The translations under genes were made by a program, and so were the position numbers. Shown one piece after another: positions 50,361 to 63,912 of a stretch of DNA of 64,000 bases. Below the pieces are notes generated by a model, which had not been told where the DNA came from, did not search any database, and saw only the letters and a list, made by a program, of their open reading frames with translations. Position 1 is the stretch's first letter, and every line of letters starts with the position of its first letter. Source of the stretch: Vicugna vicugna (lineage: Eukaryota); assembly GCA_013265495.1 (NCBI GenBank), contig MU058221.1:5564066-5628065 (forward strand). Direction: 5' to 3'.

Positions 50361-51337
50361 TGTTCTGGTTACGCCGTGTGCCACATACTGAGAACTGGCC
50401 CCTGATCTCTGCTCTGCCTTCCTTCCTCAGGTTGCAGCTGGCACGTGGACGGCTGGAATAAAGACCTATTTCCCAGCCTCCCTCCTGGGAAGTGCCCTAA
50501 ATGGGAGGCAAAAAGGAACGCTAACTAGTGAGGGAGGGCTGGTTTGGAACCCCCCACTGGATCTGAGCCGCTCAGGAGGTGAGGAGCGGGATCTGGGAGG
50601 TGAGACAGGGCTGCGCAGAGGAAGGACTGTGCACAGATGAGAAGAGCCTTTGCAGACCGGATCAGAGCCTGGTCGTCCAGGTCAGGCCCGCACCCAGGTC
50701 ATGGGGGCTGGGGGTCAGCAGGAGGGACTCCACAGGCAGCAGCTGTCCCAGCCCCCGAGTGCAAGAAGTCCACCACTCAGATGAACTGAGATGTTCGGAG
50801 AAACCAGAGCCAGAAGCACTGGCCTTGAGAGCTGGGTAGGGAAGCCCACCTGGGAACCAGGAGCATCGGGTGACAGGTGATGGGGAGGGCGGCATGAGAT
50901 GGCCCTCGGAGGGAGAGGAGAGCAAGGCGGGGCCCTGGAGAATCCCACCCAACACTGAGGCAGTGAGGGGAGGAGGGGAGGGAGCAAGAGCGAAGCCAGG
51001 GACCAGGGGACCATAGCCAAGAAACGGCTCTTCCCACTCCCGGAGATCCTGAAAACGCTTTCGCAGACTCCGAGGTTCAGCCGGGCTCTTCTCAGAGGTC
51101 AGGCAGGCGGGCGGGCTCCCCTTTCCACGGGACCCCTGGTGCATCCAGTTCCATGTAACCTCCACAGGCTGACTCGGAACAGAGATGGGGCGGGAACATC
51201 CGACCAGCGAGTCCGCCTGAGGTCCGGCCCTTCCTCTTCAGCTGACTTGTGAGGCCGAGTCTCTTGTTTGTTCTAATCTCCCTCACCCCCTACAGAGTGG
51301 GGTGAGGCCAGGCGATGCTCCAAGTCATCTTCTCAAT

Positions 51338-51435
51338 TTTGTTTTTTTTAATGGCGGCCCTAGGGATTGAACCCAGGACCTCCTGCATGCTAAGCATGTA
51401 CTCTAGACACTGAGCTATATCTCCTCTCCCCAAAA
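51338..51435 (-). mobile_element. Vic-1-type SINE
   Basis: Head as above; TCTTCTCAATT TSD on both sides. Confidence 0.85.
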
Positions 51436-52721
51436 TTAGTCTTCTCAATTATTTTCTTTTAAAGACGTTCCAAGTAGAAACCCTGGGACAAGGACAGGGC
51501 GCTGAGTGACAAAGGCGAGTGTGGCCAGACCACGGTGGACAAGGCTGGCCTGGTTCTGCTTCAGCTTGTCATGGAAATAAACCCCCACGTCAGCTGACTG
51601 TCTGGGAGAACAGAGCCCGGGGAAGACTTCCAAACTTCTCCAGCGGGGTGTCCATAACAGTTTAGATCATCCTGGTGTTTCAAATGGGTTGCCGTGGTGA
51701 ATTCTAAATATTAATTTTATGTCACACAGTCCTCGGCTAAAACAGAAGGAAGAGGGCTGACCTGACGTAAGCTAGCACAGAGGCTGGGAAATGTCCCTCT
51801 GAGGGGTGGAGGGACAGGCACGAGGCTTCCGGGAGTCCTCAGCCACTTGGATTCAGCAGACACGGGGGTGTGAAGCCAGAGAAGGGAGACACGGGGACCT
51901 GGAAGGACAGCAGTCATTTCTTCTTCCTTGGAAACACCTTCTAAGCATGAGAGGATACAGGGAGGTTTTATGAAAGGAAAATCAATGCCTGCTCGCTGAT
52001 GAATCATAGACAGGTAGTTTTTTTTGTTTTGTTTTTGTTTGTTTGGGGGTTTCGAGGGGTGTTTTGTTTTGGTTTTTTTTGCTAGAGAGAAAGCAAAAGC
52101 AAATGTCAAAAGCCCCAGGTCACTAAGCTTGTGAACTTTCCCAAATGAGCTTCTGGTTCCAAGAATCACGTTCCATGTAGTTCGAAAGCAGCATTTTATT
52201 CAAGCAAGAGGTTTTAGATAAAGCAGTGGTGGGTAAAAGATAAGGATCAAAGGGAGAGGACTTTTTTGTAAAAACTATGCTGAATTGTTTTGTAGAGTTT
52301 ATTTTTAAAACAAAATGGAGTAGGCATTGTTTAAAAATGAGTGGGAAACACTATACGTCACCTCTCTGTGAGTGTGCCTAGCTGTTTGGATGCTAGGGCT
52401 AGAACCGAGGCTTGGCTATATCCTGGTGGCCATGGACCGTAATTGCAGACAAAGTGCCTAAGTTTTGGCTGACAAGCCAGCCAAGTGGAGGTCATGGTGT
52501 AAAAGCGGGCTGGACCAGAGAGGATGGAGAAACGAAAGCTCCACCGTGGGTGATGCTGTAGGCTGAGTCCCTATCTCCCTGTCTTCCCAGTGAACCTCAT
52601 GCACAGAGGTCCCAAAGTGCTGAGTGAGGACAGGAGGGGTATTGCCAAAGCAGAGCACTGCAGACGAGAAGGCAGGAAGAAGGCAGAGGAGAACCCAGGA
52701 GCCTTAGCAGAGGGCTTGGGG

Positions 52722-52890
52722 CAGTGCTGCCCAAGAGAACTTTCTGCGATGGTGGAAATATCCTATCCCTGTGCCAGCCATAGACTTGAAATTGAGTAAG
52801 GCTGAGGAACAGAATTTTAAAACTTACTTTATTTCAATTCATTTAAGTTTAAATAGCCACATCCAAGTGGCTCCCACTTTTAGACAGAGA
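52722..52890. mobile_element. MER3/MER33-like hAT MITE
   Basis: CAGTGCTGCCCAAGAGAACTTTCTGCGATGGTGGAAAT...TTAAATAGCCACAT. Confidence 0.6.
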
Positions 52891-53903
52891 AGGATTGGAG
52901 GCATTAAATAGGTTTATTCCTCAGATCAATCAACAGGGTTTAATGAGTGCACAACACGAAATAAGTTGGCAGTGTTTGGTTTTGCTTTTTTCTACTTAGC
53001 AAGAAACAAAGGAAAAGAATCCAGAGCCACTCATCGCCAGAAGCTCACAATCTAATGGGAAATACTAGATTCCAAGGAGGAAAAGAAACCCATGGGCAAT
53101 CTGGGTAAAGAAGCATCCCTGATCCACAGAATGCCAGCTTCGTCAAAGCCACCGTCTTAAACAGGGGACTTTAATAGCATTCCTGGCACCCCTGGCACTG
53201 TTCTAGGGACAAGATGTCCAGGCAAAGTGAAACCACATTATTTTTCAAGTTATGAGACAAGTAAAAAGCCAGACAGGTTTACCAGGCCTGAAGACTGGGC
53301 AGGGGGAAGAGACCGAGGACACGGTTCAAGTTCAAGAGGAGTAAGGTGGCCCGGACACCTCACAGTTTCAAAACTGTCAATCAATTGGTTTTTCTCACTA
53401 TGATTTCTCTTCATGTGAGAATGTGTTTTGCTTAACTAATGAATGTCTAGAGCATTATTTTTAAAAAGAGAGAGATTTCCAATTCTAGTCTTGAAAAGAC
53501 GCGGGGCTCAGTTTTCCCTCTGAGTGGAATAACTGGCTAGGAAACAGCCAATGTCCAGGCTTGGAGCAGCCAAGAGACTAGGGACACTTGGAAAGAAGGT
53601 GCTAGAGAAGTGCATCCCCCAGGATGGACACAGAGCAGCTCTCACTGAACGAAAAGATGCATCAACACTTCTCAGGGACAGGAATTAGACCCTGGGGAAC
53701 ACTGAGGGGTGGGCTGGGGGTTAATAAGCCTGGGGAGAAATTTCTGAAGTGCAATTTTTTGCTTTAGCTTTTCCAGTTCTAAGATAAAACACTGACATTA
53801 ACAACAACTTATATTTGTACAGTGATATGGTTTACAGAGTTTCTTCTTACTTCATGATGATGCAAAACCCTGCAAATATTCTTTTTTTTTTTTTAAGAGA
53901 AAG

Positions 53904-54418
53904 TGAGATGGGAGAGAAGAGGGGCCAGGGCACAACCTTCAAAACGATGACACAGCCATTGAGGGTACGATACAAAGAGGTTAGAACCAAGCAGGCCCAA
54001 GATGGCGGGAGATTCGACTCCCAGTAGACCCTGAGCCTCACTGTAATACACTTGCACGCTAAATGTCACGCCCACAGTTCCAAGGCTGACCACAAACGAC
54101 CAAAAAGTAGGCCGTGGCCCAGTTCCTGGAAATCCCCACCCCTGCCCCCAAATAGTTGAAATAATCCTCCCACTTGTTAGCATATGAAATTACCCAGCCC
54201 ATAAAAGCTAACCACCCCCATCCCCACCCCCACCCCAGGGCCGCTCTCCCTTTCTGTCCAAGGAATGTCTTATCTCTCTAAATAAACTTGCTTCCACTTT
54301 GCTGGCTCCTGAATTCTTCCCTGCACGAAGCCAAGGACCCTCACTTGGCGGCCCATCCCACGGACTCCCTCAAGACCTGGGACATGACCATCCTCTCGCG
54401 ACCCATCGTCCTGCAACA
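53904..54418 (+). mobile_element. ERV1-class solo LTR (515 bp)
   Basis: TG...CA termini, 4-bp TSD AAAG (53900-53903 and 54419-54422), CATAAAA at about 54200, AATAAA at 54281-54286. Confidence 0.75.
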
Positions 54419-55069
54419 AAAGGGCTCAGGGCTCAAAGTTATAAGAAAAACAAACAAATTAACTACAAGTGTAGGCAAAAGTTCTTGCATTCTTCCCGTT
54501 AAGCTCTGCAGGTTCCTCCCGAGGAGTCATCAAAGGACAGGAGAGCAGATGAGGAAGGAGTGACCCCCTCATCCAATCACCTGCTCCCAGCCTTCTTGCA
54601 ATCTGCCTGACCTCAGAGAGAATCTTCCAGTTACCTCACACTCTCTCCTGCATCCGTTTGGCTAAATACAGTAGACATTTAGAGTGAGAACTGATTGGTA
54701 AGTTGAGGGTGTTTCCTGGGAGGAGACAGGCAGAATAGAAGAGATGAAAAATGGAGCCATGAGCCAGGGGGACCATAAATCCCAGTTTTCTTGGAACAGA
54801 CCTAGTTGACACCTGTAGTCCCAGCATGATAATCATAGTGCCCTCCCACTCTCACATGTGCCCCACTTTATGCATTGTAGTATATGGTCACCCTCTGTAG
54901 GGTATCTTTTTTTCACAAAATTACATTGTTCCCCTGGGGTAATCAGCAACGTTGTTCTGGGCTCAGCTTTCTCATTCTCAAGGTTAAAGCATCTCAGGAG
55001 CTAAATTCACATGCCAGGCATGTTAAAGAAGTTAGCTGCTTTAACCCTAATCACCTGTGGTTTGTGGTT

Positions 55070-55292
55070 CTGGATGGGACCTCAGGCTGTGACCCGGACC
55101 CTTACCTTGGCTGCTTAAAAATCATCTGGGGAACTTGTTAAAAACATAGATTCGAGGGCCCCACTGCCTGAGATTCTGATTCAGCACATCTGAGAATCTA
55201 TTTAAAAATGAAAAACCAAGCTTCCCAGGTGGTTTGGACACTCGAGCCAGATTTGAACTCACTGGTGAGTCATCGTCCTTTGACCACTGCCT
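55070..55292. mobile_element. MER5A-like hAT MITE
   Basis: AAAATCATCTGGGGAACTTGTTAAAAACATAGATTC...GAGATTCTGATTCAG...TTTGACCACTG. Confidence 0.6.
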
Positions 55293-57418
55293 GGAGTGAT
55301 CTATTGTTGCCATGGAAACCACTGATCTCTCCCCCCCCACCCCCGCCCCCCAGCCAGATTGAATTTTACTTCTCCTTTTTTAAAGCACACATCTGTTTAA
55401 AAAATAGAGGGCATTATTTTGGGGAGAGGAGTATTTTCTCTCAAAAGATATTTAGAGAGGAAAAGCGAAGGCCCTACAAGGCAGAACATTTTTCTCATCT
55501 GAAACCAAACTCAGCAGGAAGCAGGCGTCCCTCCTGACTTGAGTCCCACTAGGAAGAGCTAATGAGCAGTTACTTTTGGAGGCAAGATTCAGACTGTGTG
55601 GCGCTTCCTTCAGGTTAGTTGTTATAAGGGGCCTGGAGGGAGGCCCGGGCCCACTGGCTTCCCCGGGGGTCTGAAGAGCTGGTGGTGACTGGCCAGGATG
55701 GCATTAAGACTGGGGGCTCTGGCTGGAGGCAGATCTGGAAAAGGATGGCCCTACGTAATTGCCATCAGAATAAACTTTACACATGCGGCTGTGTGGCCAG
55801 GTGACCTGCACTGAGCCACCCTGTGAGCACCCCACACTGATGCTCTATGACTGAGCTGAGAAAAGAGCAGTAACAGTCCTCCTTCAGGAGCAGACGCAGA
55901 GACGATGGGGGTGGAGAGAGGCGCCTGAGAGAAGCCTTCTGCAGCTTCGTGTGGCCAAGCTGGCCTGACGAACTCAGAATTTAGCAATTCTGAGTTCTCT
56001 TTTCTTTCAGCTTAAACACAAAAGCATAAAATGACTGTATCTCAAACAGAAGGATCTTGGAATTCACTGCTCTTTGTAAATCCTGACACATCTCCTTCGG
56101 ACACCAAAGCAGAATTTCCCCTCCAACGACCCTCACTGGGATCCAACGCCTTGTCGGAAACTACTGTAGTAAGATGCGCAGGGGCCCTCTGGGTACCAGC
56201 GGGACCCTTCACTGCGGTTCTGCGCTACAGAAGGCGCTGGCCCTCTCTGAAGTAGCAATCACTCCCTTTTGGTTCTCCAGTCTCTCCCTCAGCCTTTGTC
56301 TACAGAACTCCTCGACTTTGATAGAACACTCAGCCCCGTATGCGAAGTCTCTCTCCCAGACATGCTCTGAAAGTGCCTCCCTCTGGTTCAGGGCCCAGAA
56401 AACCCAGCTCAGTTCCCTGACCCAGCTGGCTGTCGGCACCCCGCATCCCACCATCCATTCAAAGGCCACAGAGCACCAAGATCTGTATTAATCATCCTCT
56501 TCCAAACCCTTTCACAGCTCTACCCGCTCTTTGTCCCAAAACCCTCACACCACCATCCAGGACTCATGCTCCCCCTTGCTGATACAACTCACCTCCCAAC
56601 CACTGTGTCTTCCCAAACATTAGCGTAACTGCCTTTCCTCCACCCCCCGCACTGCAGACCCCCACTCCACATTTGGATTTGGGGGAAGCGGCTGTCACCA
56701 GCAAACACAAGGCCAGTCTGCTGACTCTGCTCTGAGAGTACACGATGACCAATTTAATTTTTCAGGGCTGAGCACATAATGAGAAACTGACACAGTGATA
56801 AGGAGAATGTGACGTGAGAAGAAGCCGGGAAGGAAGGATCACAGAGGACCCTTTGAACAGGGCTGGGTGGAAACGAGAAGGAAGTAATCGCTTACATCAC
56901 AATATCTTGCCAGACCAGTGTTTATTTCAAGCCTTCTCTGCCTCTGGACACTGCTGCTACACATCACTGCCCTCCACGATCGAACCACTCGTCTTCTCCT
57001 GGGACCCTGGCTTCCTTCCCCTGGATCTGCTGGGCCACACGAGCGTGGAGTCCACCCATTCACTGGGGTCATCTCTGCCCCTTGTCTGCTTAGGTGACTC
57101 CCAGTGCACCCTCGGAAGCTGCAGGGAAGAGCTCCCTCCCTCCGTTTCTCTCTTCTCTTGGTCCCAGCTTAAGCTCCAAGGAATTTAGAAGTTCTTAACA
57201 GGAGGCTCACAGATGAGCTTCAGGGGCTCTGGGAGCCTCCTAACATTGCCCAAGTCATGTGTGTGTCTGTGCGCCTGCACACGGTTTTCTGGGGGCAAGA
57301 TTCACCATTTTTTCCATCAGATTTTCACTGATGGAAAGGAGGCGGAACCCCTGATTGTTCCTTAGCCTGTCCCTGCGCAAGCTGCAGCCATGGTGGTCAA
57401 GTCCCCCCGGCACGGTAC

Positions 57419-57532
57419 CTTGGAAGCAGCCATCACTGCCGCGGTGGCTGCCACGTTCAAGCCTCGCTTCCCGAAGTGCACAAGGGCGTCATAACTCCGG
57501 TCTTTTGCTTGGACCAGGCAATCATCAATTTC
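57419..57532 (-). CDS. REEP1: REEP1 exon 5 (114 nt)
   Basis: TTTGACAG|GAA...AAG|GTACCG. Encodes [38 protein letters not shown]. Confidence 0.98.
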
Positions 57533-59075
57533 CTGTCAAAGGGAAAACAGAGGCACACTGAGTTGGAAGGTTCAAATAAATCCCTGTCTTTCTCACTTCT
57601 CCTCAGCACTGAGCTTGGCAGCTTGCCTGACCACTGATTCTCGCTGGCACGGCCACCGCCTGGGCCAGTATTTAGCCTCTACACACAGTTCTGTCATCTG
57701 AAAAATGAGGACAGTGCACCTAACTCGGGGAGCACAGTGAAGATTACATGCGATCATTCCAGGAAAGCATCTGACACAGGGGCTGCTTTCAGTCACCGAG
57801 AACCTCCATCATCTTCCCTGTTTCAAGGGGGTCAGCTCTAAATTCTACTATTCTATAGCTATTTCATGCTCCACATCCCTCCCCCTGTGTATATCGATGG
57901 TCGGGATTAGCATGCAGGAAGAGAGAGGTGTTATTTTTGTCGCTAGGGAAGATATTTTACAGATAATAAAATAAAAGCAGAAATCAGAAGTCATCCAGCA
58001 TCATACCACAAGGAAAAGGTGAGGTGGGAAAGAGCGGTGACGTCTACTTCAGGGACCCAAACCAAGTAAAAGTACTGGAATAGTTCAAATTTGGATCACC
58101 TCTGGCTTATTCTTTTTATTTGTTTGGGTGGGGCTGTTTTGTTGTTGTCATTGTTTAAGGAAACAGCTGTTTTGTAATCACAGAGCTCATTTCAGGGCTC
58201 AGTCAGTCAATGATGCTTGGCCCTGTGTCACTTGAAGTTCAGCACATCTTCGATTTGAGGGACGCAGGTGGGCAGTCAACCCCCTGATCAATCCTTGTTT
58301 CAGCCTCCTGGGAAAGTCACAAGGAAGTTTTCACTGTCACCCCAGACTGACCCTGGAAATGATTCTTGGCAGCTCTGAAGAGTCAGACACCTGCCCTTCG
58401 GTGGAAATTACACTGGCAGCTCAGGGTAAGTCCAGTGTTCAGAGAAAAGGAAGTAGAAAGAGTAGAAATTTGATAACCAGGTCAGGACAGGGAGTACCAT
58501 TCCTCAAAATCCACCCTCTGAGACAGGAAGGGTTGTGTTCTAGTTCCTAAATGGAGTCTCAGAAATGTCTACGGTAGCCTGCCTATCTCACTGACAGACC
58601 CAACGCCTTCCCCTAGAAGTCCAAAGTATGCAACTTGCAGAACCAATAGACATGAATACATCAAGCCACCTAGAGAGCTCCTAATTCATGCCATAGAATC
58701 ATACCACACAATCGGTTTAGAAAGTCATTTAGTATCAGTAACGAATCATACAATGTTGGACCCAATAATTCCACTCTTAAGAACTTACTCTAAGATAATA
58801 AGTCAAAAGAAGGAACTATGTATACTACGTACAGTGATGTTTGTGGGTCATTAAGAAGACCTAGTGGAAATGGATGATGGGCAAACATGTTTAAGATCTC
58901 AGAAAACAAATACTGTATCTGCCCAGTTTTTTTGTTGCTGCTTTTTGGTTAGGGGTAGGTTTTTTGGTTTGTTTTTTTTTTTTTTGTATGTTTACAATTT
59001 TATTTTAAAGAAATGTTACATACACTGGATTGCATAAAAAAAAGGAGTTACCAAACAAATTAATAAGACAGAGGT

Positions 59076-59196
59076 TAGGGAGGGTATAGGTCAGTGGTAG
59101 AGCGCTTACTTTGCATGCATGAGGTCCTGGGTTCAATCCCCAGTGCCTCTGTTAAAAAATAAATAAATAAATCGAATTACCACTCCCTCTCAAAAG
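59076..59196 (+). mobile_element. Vic-1-type SINE
   Basis: GGGAGGGTATAGGTCAGTGGTAGAGCG...GGGTTCAATCCCCAGT; TSD AAGACAGAGGT (59065-59075 and 59197-59207). Confidence 0.9.
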
Positions 59197-59900
59197 AAGA
59201 CAGAGGTCATGTTAATTTTAATGGTCTTTGCATCTACTATTGTATGAAATCTTAACAAAACAATGGAACAATCCACTGAAAGCAAATCTGGCGAATAAGA
59301 TTCAGCGGAGATGTTTAACAAAAAATAAATTTATAATGACATTATCTTGTAAGTAGCTTAGAATTAAATTTCTTTTCAGGCGGTAAAGTTGTAATTCCTC
59401 CTTAAATCCTTAGTTATTGTCACCCCCTTCCTGCAGTTTCTCCCTGTCTTATTTTTTCCATCTCTGACGTTAGACAAATCTACATTTTCATTTCAAGGAA
59501 GTTTGTGAGTTACTTTGAAGCAAATAGACACAAAAGGTAAACAGATGAAAAAAACTATAACTATCCTCATTCATACGTATCGACTGATCATCACTAAAGT
59601 AGCAGGTGCTTCACTGGTAGCATACATTTTATCACTGAACAATGAAGCAAACACTGCACTAGAAACATACTACATTCCAGTCTCTGTCAGTAGCTATCTG
59701 GGTCCAAGGTCAAGTCATTTAATCTCTCTGGGCTTCAATTTTCCTATTTATGTTAAGTTTTAAAAGTATTTTTTCAGGAGGGTAGTAAATAAGAGTCAAC
59801 AGAGAGTCTCCTGCAATAACACAATCTGCCCTTTCTTTTTATTACTTGCTAAATTTTTTCACTCGCTGGAAGGAGTGCAAAGCAGGGCGACATAAATCAC

Positions 59901-60021
59901 CTTTTCTTTTGAAGACAGCGTGGGATGCACAAACTTCCTGTAGAGGAGGCTGGAACCTTTTGTGTAGGGAGACAGCAGCCAGGCTACAAATGCTATTTTT
60001 AGTTCATAATAGAATGGAAAC
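59901..60021 (-). CDS. REEP1: REEP1 exon 4 (121 nt)
   Basis: CTCTCCAG|G...AAG|GTGATT. Encodes [40 protein letters not shown] (TB2/DP1/HVA22 domain). Confidence 0.98.
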
Positions 60022-61068
60022 CTGGAGAGAGAGGAGAAAATACACATGCCATTAGGTTCTCAGCAACACGGCCCTGGGCCTGTGAAAGACGGGTCCTGGT
60101 GGCACAGACACCTCTCCCGCGTGAACACGGCCACCTGGCCCCCAGATTCCTGTGAAGGTGTGTGCACACACACATGCACCTCCACTGCACAAGCCCAAGG
60201 CCTCTTTTGAAAGCTGGTTCATGTTTTCTTTTGTCGCCCAGCAAGCTGGGAACCCAAGGTCTCTCCAGCGATCACCCTATGACCCTGCCTGATGACAGCT
60301 GGTGCTTCCTGCCAGGCTCAGCTCATTTTGGTTGAAGCTGGGGCTCCTGCAGGTCCAGATGCCACATCCATCCGTGCCCAAATACCTGGTCATTCACTCT
60401 TCACTCAACACCAAGAAGGCACAAACACCTGGAGGATTTATAGCAGGGTGGGGGGCTGATAAGAAATCTCCAGACTCAGAATGAAAACCTGCCCTTCTTG
60501 GCTGTCTTCTTGGTCCCTAAAGAGGCAGGGGCAGGAGCCCAACTCTTCCCAGGAAACGGATCTTGGCAGACAAATAGATCCTGATCTTTTTGGTGCCCAG
60601 AGAAAGAAGAGTTCAGGGTGCAGACAGCATACAATTCTGAAGTTTAAAGTCCTGCAAACCTTTCATTTCTGCATCCCATAAACACCCGGCACCTCAGCTG
60701 GTGCTGAGCACCGAGGAGATAGGAGGGACAAAGAACCCATCCCTGCTCTCTTGGAGCTTCTGGTCTAATGGGAAACATAGACAAGATTCTGGCATCCTTG
60801 GAACTGACAGTCCAGAGGAACAGAGATTGATCAAATAATCACAAATAAGATAGAATAGTAACCTCAGACAAATGTCATAATGGGCCTCTGCTAACCCACG
60901 TGGTTTCTTTGAACATGTGAGAAAAAGCCAGGCCCTTCAGCTGGACGCAGTCCTGCGAGCACATGGCTCACAAACGGGGCTTCTTCTGAAATTCAGCTCC
61001 ACTTGCCTCCCTGGCCAGATATCTTGTGCTATGAACAACCTGTGCAACTGTATTTGGCAGGCCTGATG

Positions 61069-61356
61069 TGTATTAACCATGTCTTTTCATTTTCTGTATT
61101 CTGATGCTTTAACATCTTGGGGTCTTGCCAACTCTGGAAAGTCTTCCCCTCCCATGGAAACCACAGTACTGGCTCCTGCCCACGTTTCCTGCCTCTGCCT
61201 CCTAATCAGCCCCGGGCTTCCCCGTGTGGCCCCGAGTGGCAGGCTGTGCCTCTAGGATCTGTGAATATAACAAATGTATTCCTTCATGAAGGTCATGTCT
61301 GTGTCTGTGTGTCTCATGAGGCCTGATTAAAGCAAATCCCAGGTATCCTTAAAACA
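61069..61356 (+). mobile_element. Short LTR-like element
   Basis: TG...AAAACA, ATTAAA near the 3' end, 5-bp TSD TGATG (61064-61068 and 61357-61361). Confidence 0.5.
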
Positions 61357-62088
61357 TGATGCTCTGAGGGAAAACGACACCTGTGCTGGTCTGAGGACTC
61401 AGAAAAGCAACCCCCTCCCAGGACCCCTCCCTGATAAGGGAGCCAAAAACAAAGAGCGATTTCTACCAAGCCATTTCAGAGCCTTCAACTTTCACTAACT
61501 CCTTCTCTCCCCACTGAGGCTCCCAGTCAGCTGCCTTCTGCTTCTTGCAGGCCTGTCCCAAGCATTCCCTCAGCAACTAAGGGGCACTTTCATGTCAAGA
61601 ATGCTTATTGTTTCACAGCCAGAAAACAGAAGGGCCTGAAGGAACTGAGGTGTGATTCTCCCACCTCTGAACATTCTGCTGATTAACAACGGAGGAAATT
61701 TTGTCTTGAAAACAAGGATTTGCCAGCCTCAAGGGGCAAGTGACTCCGGCAAGCTCCGGCATCAACCCAAGAGACACAGAAAACCCCAAGGGGATCTGTC
61801 GCACTGTGTCTTTTTTGTTTATTATGTGAAAGATGTATTTTTTAAAAAATAGGTCATGCATGTACATATTTTGTAAAATTCTAGAATTCCAAAAGAGCAC
61901 ATAACAAAGAATCTCCTTCCCATCCTGGACCCCTCATCTCTCTTCCGAAAGCACAAACATCATCAGTGTCCTTGTGCATCACTCCGGAAGTGGACTAGGG
62001 ATAAGTCCCCCCACCGCACACACACAATTAGCAGTACACTTTGGAGATTATCTCATACTGGTGCATGGAGAGCCGCCTCACTCTTCTT

Positions 62089-62340
62089 GTTATTTTTTTT
62101 AAATGGGGGAGGTAATTTGGGAGGTAATTTTAGGTTTATCTATTTGTTTTGTTTTTTTCAAACAGAGGTACCGGGGATTGAACCCAGGACCTTGTGCATG
62201 CTAGGCATACACTCTACCACTGAGCTATACCCTCCTCCTATTTATGTATTTCTTTAATGGAGGTACTGGGGATTGAACCCAGGACCTCGTGCATGCTAAG
62301 CACATGCTCTACCACTGAGCCACACTCTCCCCTCCACAGA
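62089..62340 (-). mobile_element. Two nested or tandem Vic-1-type SINEs
   Basis: Two tRNA-like heads inside one CTCACTCTTCTT TSD pair. Confidence 0.88.
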
Positions 62341-62377
62341 CTCACTCTTCTTAATGGCCATATATGGGTGTATAACT

Positions 62378-62912
62378 GTAAGCAGCTTTTGGCAGGAAAG
62401 AGCTCGCTGTGGGAGGCCCCTTTTGTCACTTTAGCAAAGCTACATTGTCACTAACCTGAAACCAGGCACCCCCATGCTCTACTCATCTCCGGCCTAAGCC
62501 CACCTTTCAAATCTTTTGATCACACAATACGTTGCCTGATCTGTTGGTTCTTTCCATAGACAAAAGAAAAAGTAAAAATGAAGAATAAGTAATTAACGGA
62601 TGACCAGATCTCTCCCCTAGCTTTGCCTTCAGTAATCTCACAAACAAACTGTGTGAACAAGATAGCACCTAAAAAAAGATCACGAGGCACTGACAAGCCT
62701 GCACTTGCTGGCTGTGAGTCTTATCACCTATCTCAGCGATTAACTGAGATTACTTCTCCTTTTCCCTTTAAAACTTTCATGGCTGAGCAGAATTTTTGGA
62801 GTTGGACTTAGGCTGTGAGTCTGTCTTCTCCCCAAACGCTGGCTTTCTGATTAAAAGGAACGTTTTCTGTTTCTACCAATACTTGCCTCTCAAGGATTGA
62901 TTTTCGAGCAGC
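62378..62912 (+). mobile_element. ERV-type LTR remnant
   Basis: TGTAAG start, CCCTTTAAAACTT TATA-like segment, GATTAAA poly(A)-like signal. No TSD verified. Confidence 0.45.
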
Positions 62913-62919
62913 ATATGGT

Positions 62920-63290
62920 CATGTGATACCACTTATATGTGGTCTAAAATAGGACACAAATGAACTTATTTACAAAACAGAAAGAGACTCACAGACACAG
63001 AAAACAAACTTATGGTTACCAAAGGGGGAAGGGGATGGAGGAGAGAGAAATTAGGAGTCTGAGATCAGCAGATACAAATTATTACATATAAAATAGATAA
63101 ACAATAAGGTCCAACCGTATAGCACAGGGAACTATATTCAATATCTGGTAATAAACCACAATGGAAAAGAATATGAAAAAGAATATATATGTGTATATAT
63201 ATATATATATTGAATCACTTTGCTGTATACCAGAAACTAACATAACATTGTAAATCAACTGTACTTCAATAACATAAATAGAAAAAAAGT
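62920..63290 (+). mobile_element. Cetartiodactyl-type L1 3' end
   Basis: ACAAATGAACTTATTTACAAAACAGAAA...AGCACAGGGAACTATATTCAATATC...ACATTGTAAATCAACTGTACTTCAAT plus A-rich tail. Confidence 0.9.
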
Positions 63291-63835
63291 AGATCTATTT
63301 ATGCTTATGTGAAAGTCTTTCAAAAATAAATCTGAGAAACAAAGTGAGAACCATGAGGTATAATACTATAGTATTATTGTTTCAAAAAAAGGAAAAGCAC
63401 GTGTATATGTGTGTACATATACTGACACATACATTTTTAAAGGTATATAATACAGCTGTGGAAAGTAGTTACGGTGAGAGTAAAAGGTGTAGGAAGGAAG
63501 CAGTTTTATTGCACTTTTGCATATTGTTTCTTTCTTTCCTTTTTTTAAAAAATATGTATGTTTCTTTACTGACTTTGTTAATCGAGGAACTGTGTTGATC
63601 TTGCCCATCACTGTATCATTATAAGAACAACAGCCACTCTTAGAAAGTCATTCAGTAAATATTTACATGAAGAACAAGTTTATAGGCTAATTGACTAAAA
63701 ATGTTCCAGTCAGCATCCGTGCCCTGCTTCTCTGTGCTGAAGCAGGGTTTGAGACTGCTTTCAGATTCCTGCCACCTCTCCCCTGACGTTATGCAATGCC
63801 TTCCCTGGAAAAGTTCCAATTCCTGGAGTACTTAC

Positions 63836-63912
63836 CAGCAAAGGAAGATGTCAGTGAACGTCTCTGCTGTGGTGAAAAGTGCAAATATAATCCAGTACAT
63901 CATCCATTTGAC
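63836..63912 (-). CDS. REEP1: REEP1 exon 3 (77 nt); exons 1-2 lie beyond the window
   Basis: TTCAACAG|GTC...TGCTG|GTAAGT. Encodes [25 protein letters not shown](W). Confidence 0.98.

Noticed and set aside
59078..59150. tRNA-like sequence with A and B boxes (also all minus-strand copies)
   Set aside because: These are SINE heads with A-rich tails and TSDs, diverged from each other; not tRNA genes.
60698..60722. RE1/REST-like TGAGCACCGAGGAGAT
   Set aside because: Several mismatches in both half-sites and it sits in an L2-like remnant.
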